The position numbers and the translations under genes are program-made. A model generated the notes under the pieces. The model was not told the DNA's origin and searched no databases. It worked only from the letters and a program-made list of their open reading frames with translations. From Candidatus Iainarchaeum sp. (GTDB taxonomy: Archaea; Iainarchaeota; Iainarchaeia; Iainarchaeales; CSSED10-239), in NCBI GenBank assembly GCA_028693335.1, contig JAQUVR010000013.1, forward strand, positions 1 through 11,374: a stretch of DNA of 11,374 nt. Direction: 5' to 3'. The stretch's first letter is position 1. Each line of letters opens with the position of its first letter. Below are positions 1 through 7,029 of this stretch, one piece after another.

Positions 1-218
1 TATTAGTTGATGAAGTTTATCTAAGATCTGTTCTTAAAAAAATAAAAGATAAAAAACTAAAAGACAATTTGTTAAAAATATTAGAATCTAATTTAAGACA
101 AAAAAGAATAGTTAAGACAAAAGATCTGGGAATAAAGGATGTTTATAATATAACAGTTAAAGGCAATCACAATTATTTTGTTTTTACTACAGGTTATGTT
201 CCAATATTAGTAAATAAT
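1..218 (+). other. C-terminal portion of an intein within ppsA (blocks F and G). The splice junction lies between Asn (216-218) and the +1 Cys (219-221).
   Basis: The sequence ...DVYNITVKGNHNYFVFTTGYVPILVNN|CHAAI matches intein block F (vYdltVe.nHnFv) and block G (hydrophobic-x-x-N followed by a C/S/T nucleophile). The text after the junction resumes the universal PpsA motif (GGxT)CHAAI. Confidence 0.78.
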
Positions 219-1439
219 TGTCATGCTGCAATAATCGCTAGAGAACATGGAATCCCTTGTATTGTTGGATCTATGGATGCTACTGAAAAACTAAAAACAG
301 GACAAACAGTTACCATTGATTGTTCTGGTGGAGATAATGCTTATGTTTATGATGGCAAAGTATCTTTTGAAAAAGAGATAACTGATATTTCAAAAATGCC
401 AGAGACTAAAACACAAATAACATTAAATGTTGGAAACCCAGAGCAAGCATTTGATCTTAGCTTTTTACCTAACGATGGTGTTGGTCTAGCTAGAGAAGAG
501 TTTATTATTAATTCATGGATAAAAATTCATCCACTTGCATTAATTAACTATAATAGACTTACAGATAAACAAGTTAAATGGAAAATAGATGAATTAACAC
601 CAAACTATAAAGACAAATCACAATACTTTGTAGATGTTCTTGCACAAGGAATTGCAAGAATTGCTGCTGCATTCTATCCAAAAAAAGTTATTTTGAGATT
701 ATCTGATTTTAAATCAGATGAGTATGCAAACCTTATTGGAGGAAAAGAATATGAGCCAATTGAAAGTAATCCAATGATCGGTTGGCGTGGTGCTTCAAGG
801 TATTATCAAGGAAATTATAGGGAAGGATTTAAACTAGAGTGTAAGGCAATTAAAAAAGTAAGAGATGAATTTGGTTTAAAAAATTTAGAAATAATGATAC
901 CTTTTTGTAGAACACTAGATGAGGCAAAAGCAGTAATTTCTGAAATGAAAAAAAATGGGTTAGAAAAAGGAAAGGATGGGTTATATGTTCATTGTATGTG
1001 TGAGATCCCTTCAAATGTTATTTTAGCAGATGAATTTTTAGATATCTTTGATGGATTTAGTATTGGAAGTAATGATCTTACTCAATTAATTTTAGGACTT
1101 GATAGAAACTCAGAACTTTTAACAAACATTTATGATGAAAGAAATCCAGCAGTAAAAAAAATGATTAAAGAAGTAATTGAAATTGCAAATAAGAAAAAGA
1201 AATATATAGGAATTTGTGGTCAAGCACCATCAGATTATCCTGACTTTGCTTTGTTTTTAGTTGAAAATGGAATTAAATCTATTAGTCTAAATCCAGATAC
1301 TGTTGTAAAAACAAAGCTTGCAATTGCTGAGCTAGAAAAGAAATCAACCACAAGATCTACCTCTTTAATTAGATCTGCAAAAGCATTAATGAAAAGACCA
1401 CCAAGTTCAATTATAAAAAAGAAAACAAATAAGAAATAG
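1..1439 (+). CDS. ppsA: Phosphoenolpyruvate synthase (PpsA), 5'-truncated at the window edge. Contains the intein C-terminus (to nt 218) and then the C-extein.
   Basis: The frame starting at nt 3 has no stop back to the window edge, so the TTG at 69 in the ORF track is not a real start. From nt 219 the protein reads CHAAIIAREHGIPCIVG (phospho-His motif). It continues with GVGLAREEFII, AAFYPKKVILRLSDFKSDEYANLIGG, PMIGWRGASRY, EIMIPFCRT, MCEIPSN, GFSIGSNDLTQL, YIGICGQAPSD and ISLNPDTV. These are collinear with the E. coli PpsA phospho-His and PEP-utilizer C-terminal domains as I recall them. Confidence 0.92.
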   Translation, partial: LVDEVYLRSVLKKIKDKKLKDNLLKILESNLRQKRIVKTKDLGIKDVYNITVKGNHNYFVFTTGYVPILVNNCHAAIIAREHGIPCIVGSMDATEKLKTGQTVTIDCSGGDNAYVYDGKVSFEKEITDISKMPETKTQITLNVGNPEQAFDLSFLPNDGVGLAREEFIINSWIKIHPLALINYNRLTDKQVKWKIDELTPNYKDKSQYFVDVLAQGIARIAAAFYPKKVILRLSDFKSDEYANLIGGKEYEPIESNPMIGWRGASRYYQGNYREGFKLECKAIKKVRDEFGLKNLEIMIPFCRTLDEAKAVISEMKKNGLEKGKDGLYVHCMCEIPSNVILADEFLDIFDGFSIGSNDLTQLILGLDRNSELLTNIYDERNPAVKKMIKEVIEIANKKKKYIGICGQAPSDYPDFALFLVENGIKSISLNPDTVVKTKLAIAELEKKSTTRSTSLIRSAKALMKRPPSSIIKKKTNKK

Positions 1440-1464
1440 TGTTTTACACCATTTCTTGGACACC

Positions 1465-1488
1465 TCTTTTTTTCCTTTTTTATTTGTT
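1465..1488 (+). terminator. Oligo-T tract downstream of ppsA, a putative archaeal intrinsic terminator
   Basis: A T7 run (1467-1473) and a T6 run (1476-1481) lie about 30 nt after the ppsA stop. Archaeal RNA polymerase is known to terminate at oligo-T tracts. Confidence 0.4.
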
Positions 1489-1492
1489 TAGA

Positions 1493-1508
1493 ATAATATT
1501 ATAAACTT
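1493..1508 (+). promoter_or_regulatory. Putative TATA box for the pilin-like gene array
   Basis: ATATTATAAA (1496-1505) is centred about 30 nt upstream of the ATG at 1531. No Shine-Dalgarno sequence is present, which fits a leaderless or near-leaderless archaeal transcript. TATA-like strings are common in AT-rich DNA, so this is weak evidence. Confidence 0.35.
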
Positions 1509-1530
1509 TTAGATCTTTTATTTTCTTATT

Positions 1531-1623
1531 ATGCTTAATAAAAGATCTCTCTCCCCATTGATCGCAACGATCTTACTAATTGTAGTATCAGTAATATTAA
1601 TAACTGTGATTTTAACTTGGGGC
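1531..1623 (+). other. Class III signal peptide and hydrophobic pilin helix coding segment (gene A1)
   Basis: MLNKRS|LSPLIATILLIVVSVILITVILTWG. The predicted prepilin-peptidase site follows the basic residues and Ser. Confidence 0.7.
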
Positions 1624-2829
1624 TCTACTTTTGCAAAAGAACATTTGTCTTCTCAAACAATAACCATAAACAAATCTGATTTGACTGGGTTAATTATAAG
1701 TAGACCTATCTCAAATAATCAATTATTTTTAAATAATCAATCTTCTATAGATTTAAATATTATTGGTTATAATATAATTTTACCGACGAATCATTATCTA
1801 TTTGATGATTTTTCAAATAAAACATTTTATTTAGATTCTCCGTTTTATTTATCTAAAAATTCACAAGAATTATTAGTTGTTGAATGTTTTCCATCAAATA
1901 ATTTTTTCATAAATCTTTTAACTTCTGAAAATAATTTTATTAAGGTTTCAGTTACTACTAACATTACTTTAAATCCAGAAACTAGTAATTTTATTCAAAG
2001 AGTGAAAAATGATGGTGGTGTTATAGTTGATGTTTGTGCAATAGATAATAGAATAACATTTTTAAAAGCAAATGGACTCTGGGAAAAATTAAGAGGAGAA
2101 CATTCTTTAAATTTTGGAATAAAATTTAATTCTTCTAATCCAAATTTAGTTGAAAAAATTTATTCTATAAAAGGAGAAGATGATTTTTTACAAACAAATC
2201 CAGATCTTCAGGGGGAATTTTTAGAAAATGGTTTAAATCAAAAGGCAATTTTAAAAATTACAAATAAAAATCAAGTATATGATATTATTAATGATGGTAA
2301 AAAATGGATTAGACATGTAAATAAAATGGAACACTCTGTGGTAGTTAAATATCATTCTTTCCCATTAGATCAGATTTTTTATACTATTAATTTATATTTA
2401 TATAGCAATAGTCAATCAGATTATCCTAGTGTGTATTTTGGATTAAATGTTGCTGGTTGGAGTTCAGCAGATAATGCCTCAAAACCAGGATTTTATGTTA
2501 AAAAAAATACTGTTGAAAGAGATTGGCAACAATCAAGTACATTAATCCCAAATGATTTTATGGTTTTTGATTCTTTTTGGGATGTTGAAAATAGATCAAT
2601 TAAACAACACTTAAATAATAACTTGGTGCACATTAGAACGGTTTTAACTTCTGGGTATACTGCAGATTATGATGTTACTGCTGCACAAGTTATTAAAAAC
2701 TATTCTGCTCCCACCTTTGAAATTCCAACAAAAGAATATGCCCATTTTTCTTTCTGGAATTTAGTTATGTCTGATGAACAAAGATTAAAAAATTATAATT
2801 GGCATAAAAATTATTATGAATTAGAATAA
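1531..2829 (+). CDS. Type IV pilin-like (class III signal peptide) surface protein, paralog type A copy 1. The C-terminal domain is unassigned, possibly a divergent LamG/ConA-like jelly roll.
   Basis: The N-terminus MLNKRS|LSPLIATILLIVVSVILITVILTWG matches the archaeal Pilin_N (DUF1628-type) pattern. A shared post-leader module (DLTGLIISRPIS...VVECFP...DVCAID) follows. The C-terminus HFSFWNLVMSDEQRLKNYNW resembles the terminal strand and helix of LamG domains (compare FKIYDRALTSEEILKLYN in the gene at 6940). Confidence 0.85.
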   Translation: MLNKRSLSPLIATILLIVVSVILITVILTWGSTFAKEHLSSQTITINKSDLTGLIISRPISNNQLFLNNQSSIDLNIIGYNIILPTNHYLFDDFSNKTFYLDSPFYLSKNSQELLVVECFPSNNFFINLLTSENNFIKVSVTTNITLNPETSNFIQRVKNDGGVIVDVCAIDNRITFLKANGLWEKLRGEHSLNFGIKFNSSNPNLVEKIYSIKGEDDFLQTNPDLQGEFLENGLNQKAILKITNKNQVYDIINDGKKWIRHVNKMEHSVVVKYHSFPLDQIFYTINLYLYSNSQSDYPSVYFGLNVAGWSSADNASKPGFYVKKNTVERDWQQSSTLIPNDFMVFDSFWDVENRSIKQHLNNNLVHIRTVLTSGYTADYDVTAAQVIKNYSAPTFEIPTKEYAHFSFWNLVMSDEQRLKNYNWHKNYYELE

Positions 2830-2830
2830 G

Positions 2831-2932
2831 ATGAGTGATTTGAAAAATAAAAAAAGTTTGTCCCCATTGATCGCAACAATATTATTAATAGTTGTATCAG
2901 TAATATTAATTAGTGTGATCTTAACCTGGGGA
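2831..2932 (+). other. Class III signal peptide and hydrophobic pilin helix coding segment (gene B1)
   Basis: MSDLKNKKS|LSPLIATILLIVVSVILISVILTWG. Confidence 0.7.
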
Positions 2933-4234
2933 TCAAGCTTTGCTAAAAACAACACAGAAAAAGCAAATACTTTTTTAGAGTCCTCAAAACAGATTCCAAA
3001 AAGTGGTGTTTTTTGGCTAGATTCTTTAATAGGAGATAAAGTTATTCTAAAAAATAATCTGAGTTCTTCAGTAGAGATTAAAGGATATAAAATCTTAAAA
3101 ACTGATTTTAATTCAGATTATTTTTGGTTAAATAGTTATAGATCTTTAGAGAATAATCTGATTTTTAATGCATCTTCACTAAACTCTATTCCTTTAGTGT
3201 GTGTTCCAGAAAGTAAGTTTTTTTTAGAGCTAATAGATGTTAATGATCAGCCCTACTCTATAGAGATTAACCCAAGAGGTAACAGCTCTTACACAAAATG
3301 TAATGCTTTTAATGTTCCGTTGTGGGAGTTTGAAGAGGTGAGTGGATCTTATACTATAAATACATTCACAAAAGAACAAGGTGATTTGATTACTAATGGC
3401 GGATTTGATATAGACACAGCATGGATTAAAGAAACAAATTGGTCTGTTTTCGATGGAACTGCAAATGCAAATAATGCTAACGGTTCAGCAATAAGACAAA
3501 ATAATATATTAATGGTAAATAAAAAATATTTGGTTATTTTTGAAGTTAAAAATTATGTTTCTGGATTTGTTAGGTTTTATACCGGAACTGGTGCAGATGG
3601 AACTAGTAGAAATTCAAATGGTTTATATTATCAAACAGTTTATGCAGCTACCACAAATTTACAATTTATTGGTGCTAGTTTTACGGGGTCAATAGACAAT
3701 GTTTCAGTAACTGAAGTAGATCCTTTAGAAACAATAACAGACGGAACAAAGTATCTTGAAATTATATCTTATACTGGCACAAGTTTAATTTCTTCTGAAA
3801 ATAAACAAGTTTATGGGGTTTGGGAATTTGATTTTTATTATACAGATATATTTGGATATATACTATTTATAAATGATGATTTAAATAATGGTTTATCTAA
3901 TACCACAGGATATACCCTTGTATATAATTGTACTGGCAATAATGATTTTACTTTACGCAGATATGTTTCAGGAAGTGTTTCTGCTGGTTTATTTACTTCT
4001 TCACAAAATGTTCTTTCTAAAAATACGTGGTATAGATTTAAAATTATTAGATATTTAAATAATACTTTTGATATTTATTTAATGGGTGGGCAATATGGAG
4101 ATAATTGGATAAAAATAAATTCTACAGCAATTACGGATTCAAGTCCAATAATAACTTCAAATGCTTTTTCTATTTATAATCCAAGAGTTGGAGATAGAAT
4201 TGCAAATCTAAAAATAACTCCGGAGATCGAGTAA
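2831..4234 (+). CDS. Type IV pilin-like surface protein, paralog type B copy 1, with a CBM-like jelly-roll domain and a ConA/LamG-like domain
   Basis: The N-terminus is MSDLKNKKS|LSPLIATILLIVVSVILISVILTWG, followed by the shared module (...IPLVCVPESKFF...YTKCNAF). The middle region runs from LITNGGFDIDTAWIKETNW to FTGSIDNVSVTEV, a pattern typical of CBM4/9-like or galactose-binding-like domains. The distal region (WEFDFYY...GYTLVY...NTWYRFKIIRY..FDIYLMG) looks like a concanavalin A-like lectin or glucanase fold. The start lies 1 nt after the upstream stop. Confidence 0.85.
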   Translation: MSDLKNKKSLSPLIATILLIVVSVILISVILTWGSSFAKNNTEKANTFLESSKQIPKSGVFWLDSLIGDKVILKNNLSSSVEIKGYKILKTDFNSDYFWLNSYRSLENNLIFNASSLNSIPLVCVPESKFFLELIDVNDQPYSIEINPRGNSSYTKCNAFNVPLWEFEEVSGSYTINTFTKEQGDLITNGGFDIDTAWIKETNWSVFDGTANANNANGSAIRQNNILMVNKKYLVIFEVKNYVSGFVRFYTGTGADGTSRNSNGLYYQTVYAATTNLQFIGASFTGSIDNVSVTEVDPLETITDGTKYLEIISYTGTSLISSENKQVYGVWEFDFYYTDIFGYILFINDDLNNGLSNTTGYTLVYNCTGNNDFTLRRYVSGSVSAGLFTSSQNVLSKNTWYRFKIIRYLNNTFDIYLMGGQYGDNWIKINSTAITDSSPIITSNAFSIYNPRVGDRIANLKITPEIE

Positions 4235-4236
4235 TA

Positions 4237-4326
4237 ATGTTTAAAAGATCTCTCTCCTCATTGATCGCAACTATTTTATTAATAGTTGTAAGTGTGATAT
4301 TGATCACTGTTGTTTTAACATGGGGC
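4237..4326 (+). other. Class III signal peptide and hydrophobic pilin helix coding segment (gene A2)
   Basis: MFKRS|LSSLIATILLIVVSVILITVVLTWG. The otherwise invariant Pro of LSP is Ser here. Confidence 0.65.
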
Positions 4327-5532
4327 TCAGACTTTGCAAGAGAACATTTGTCTTCTCAAACAACAACCATAAACAAATCTGATTTGACTGGGTTAATTAT
4401 AAGTAGACCTATCTCAAATAATCAATTATTTTTAAATAATCAATCTTCTATAGATTTAAATATTATTGGTTATAATATAATTTTACCGACGAATCATTAT
4501 CTATTTGATGATTTTTCAAATAAAACATTTTATTTAGATTCTCCGTTTTATTTATCTAAAAATTCACAAGAATTATTAGTTGTTGAATGTTTTCCATCAA
4601 ATAATTTTTTCATAAATCTTTTAACTTCTGAAAATAATTTTATTAAGGTTTCAGTTACTACTAACATTACTTTAAATCCAGAAACTAGTAATTTTATTCA
4701 AAGAGTGAAAAATGATGGTGGTGTTATAGTTGATGTTTGTGCAATAGATAATAGAATAACATTTTTAAAAGCAAATGGACTCTGGGAAAAATTAAGAGGA
4801 GAACATTCTTTAAATTTTGGAATAAAATTTAATTCTTCTAATCCAAATTTAGTTGAAAAAATTTATTCTATAAAAGGAGAAGATGATTTTTTACAAACAA
4901 ATCCAGATCTTCAGGGGGAATTTTTAGAAAATGGTTTAAATCAAAAGGCAATTTTAAAAATTACAAATAAAAATCAAGTATATGATATTATTAATGATGG
5001 TAAAAAATGGATTAGACATGTAAATAAAATGGAACACTCTGTGGTAGTTAAATATCATTCTTTCCCATTAGATCAGATTTTTTATACTATTAATTTATAT
5101 TTATATAGCAATAGTCAATCAGATTATCCTAGTGTGTATTTTGGATTAAATGTTGCTGGTTGGAGTTCAGCAGATAATGCCTCAAAACCAGGATTTTATG
5201 TTAAAAAAAATACTGTTGAAAGAGATTGGCAACAATCAAGTACATTAATCCCAAATGATTTTATGGTTTTTGATTCTTTTTGGGATGTTGAAAATAGATC
5301 AATTAAACAACACTTAAATAATAACTTGGTGCACATTAGAACGGTTTTAACTTCTGGGTATACTGCAGATTATGATGTTACTGCTGCACAAGTTATTAAA
5401 AACTATTCTGCTCCCACCTTTGAAATTCCAACAAAAGAATATGCCCATTTTTCTTTCTGGAATTTAGTTATGTCTGATGAACAAAGATTAAAAAATTATA
5501 ATTGGCATAAAAATTATTATGAATTAGAATAA
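4237..5532 (+). CDS. Type IV pilin-like surface protein, paralog type A copy 2, with a chimeric 5' end
   Basis: From the EHLSSQT motif onward the protein matches the gene at 1531 with one substitution (I to T). The first 105 nt instead match the 5' end of the gene at 6940, with 3 mismatches. Confidence 0.85.
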   Translation: MFKRSLSSLIATILLIVVSVILITVVLTWGSDFAREHLSSQTTTINKSDLTGLIISRPISNNQLFLNNQSSIDLNIIGYNIILPTNHYLFDDFSNKTFYLDSPFYLSKNSQELLVVECFPSNNFFINLLTSENNFIKVSVTTNITLNPETSNFIQRVKNDGGVIVDVCAIDNRITFLKANGLWEKLRGEHSLNFGIKFNSSNPNLVEKIYSIKGEDDFLQTNPDLQGEFLENGLNQKAILKITNKNQVYDIINDGKKWIRHVNKMEHSVVVKYHSFPLDQIFYTINLYLYSNSQSDYPSVYFGLNVAGWSSADNASKPGFYVKKNTVERDWQQSSTLIPNDFMVFDSFWDVENRSIKQHLNNNLVHIRTVLTSGYTADYDVTAAQVIKNYSAPTFEIPTKEYAHFSFWNLVMSDEQRLKNYNWHKNYYELE

Positions 5533-5533
5533 G

Positions 5534-5635
5534 ATGAGTGATTTGAAAAATAAAAAAAGTTTGTCCCCATTGATCGCAACAATATTATTAATAGTTGTAT
5601 CAGTAATATTAATTAGTGTGATCTTAACCTGGGGA
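5534..5635 (+). other. Class III signal peptide and hydrophobic pilin helix coding segment (gene B2)
   Basis: Identical to the B1 leader. Confidence 0.7.
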
Positions 5636-6937
5636 TCAAGCTTTGCTAAAAACAACACAGAAAAAGCAAATACTTTTTTAGAGTCCTCAAAACAGATTCC
5701 AAAAAGTGGTGTTTTTTGGCTAGATTCTTTAATAGGAGATAAAGTTATTCTAAAAAATAATCTGAGTTCTTCAGTAGAGATTAAAGGATATAAAATCTTA
5801 AAAACTGATTTTAATTCAGATTATTTTTGGTTAAATAGTTATAGATCTTTAGAGAATAATCTGATTTTTAATGCATCTTCACTAAACTCTATTCCTTTAG
5901 TGTGTGTTCCAGAAAGTAAGTTTTTTTTAGAGCTAATAGATGTTAATGATCAGCCCTACTCTATAGAGATTAACCCAAGAGGTAACAGCTCTTACACAAA
6001 ATGTAATGCTTTTAATGTTCCGTTGTGGGAGTTTGAAGAGGTGAGTGGATCTTATACTATAAATACATTCACAAAAGAACAAGGTGATTTGATTACTAAT
6101 GGCGGATTTGATATAGACACAGCATGGATTAAAGAAACAAATTGGTCTGTTTTCGATGGAACTGCAAATGCAAATAATGCTAACGGTTCAGCAATAAGAC
6201 AAAATAATATATTAATGGTAAATAAAAAATATTTGGTTATTTTTGAAGTTAAAAATTATGTTTCTGGATTTGTTAGGTTTTATACCGGAACTGGTGCAGA
6301 TGGAACTAGTAGAAATTCAAATGGTTTATATTATCAAACAGTTTATGCAGCTACCACAAATTTACAATTTATTGGTGCTAGTTTTACGGGGTCAATAGAC
6401 AATGTTTCAGTAACTGAAGTAGATCCTTTAGAAACAATAACAGACGGAACAAAGTATCTTGAAATTATATCTTATACTGGCACAAGTTTAATTTCTTCTG
6501 AAAATAAACAAGTTTATGGGGTTTGGGAATTTGATTTTTATTATACAGATATATTTGGATATATACTATTTATAAATGATGATTTAAATAATGGTTTATC
6601 TAATACCACAGGATATACCCTTGTATATAATTGTACTGGCAATAATGATTTTACTTTACGCAGATATGTTTCAGGAAGTGTTTCTGCTGGTTTATTTACT
6701 TCTTCACAAAATGTTCTTTCTAAAAATACGTGGTATAGATTTAAAATTATTAGATATTTAAATAATACTTTTGATATTTATTTAATGGGTGGGCAATATG
6801 GAGATAATTGGATAAAAATAAATTCTACAGCAATTACGGATTCAAGTCCAATAATAACTTCAAATGCTTTTTCTATTTATAATCCAAGAGCTGGAGATAG
6901 AATTGCAAATCTAAAAATAACTCCGGAGATCGAGTAA
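5534..6937 (+). CDS. Type IV pilin-like surface protein, paralog type B copy 2
   Basis: The 467-aa protein matches the gene at 2831 except V453A (gtt at 4187-4189 versus gct at 6890-6892). Confidence 0.85.
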   Translation: MSDLKNKKSLSPLIATILLIVVSVILISVILTWGSSFAKNNTEKANTFLESSKQIPKSGVFWLDSLIGDKVILKNNLSSSVEIKGYKILKTDFNSDYFWLNSYRSLENNLIFNASSLNSIPLVCVPESKFFLELIDVNDQPYSIEINPRGNSSYTKCNAFNVPLWEFEEVSGSYTINTFTKEQGDLITNGGFDIDTAWIKETNWSVFDGTANANNANGSAIRQNNILMVNKKYLVIFEVKNYVSGFVRFYTGTGADGTSRNSNGLYYQTVYAATTNLQFIGASFTGSIDNVSVTEVDPLETITDGTKYLEIISYTGTSLISSENKQVYGVWEFDFYYTDIFGYILFINDDLNNGLSNTTGYTLVYNCTGNNDFTLRRYVSGSVSAGLFTSSQNVLSKNTWYRFKIIRYLNNTFDIYLMGGQYGDNWIKINSTAITDSSPIITSNAFSIYNPRAGDRIANLKITPEIE

Positions 6938-6939
6938 TA

Positions 6940-7029
6940 ATGTTTAAAAAATCTCTCTCCCCATTGATCGCAACTATTTTATTAATAGTTGTAAGTGTGA
7001 TATTGATTACTGTTGTTTTAACATGGGGC
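6940..7029 (+). other. Class III signal peptide and hydrophobic pilin helix coding segment (gene C)
   Basis: MFKKS|LSPLIATILLIVVSVILITVVLTWG. Confidence 0.7.

Larger units (their letters stand above)
1639..4341 (+). repeat. Tandem direct duplication, unit 1 (2703 bp). The phase of the unit boundary is arbitrary.
   Basis: Line-by-line comparison at an offset of 2703 nt shows near-identity with 4342-7044. The differences I found are 1661/4364 (t/c), 4188/6891 (t/c) and three within the last 105 nt (4247/6950, 4258/6961 and one near 4305/7008). Confidence 0.9.

Noticed and set aside
69-71. TTG proposed by the ORF track as the start of the first ORF
   Set aside because: The same frame is open back to nt 3 with no stop. 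The residues after 69 are intein blocks F and G, not a protein N-terminus. The gene simply continues upstream of the window.
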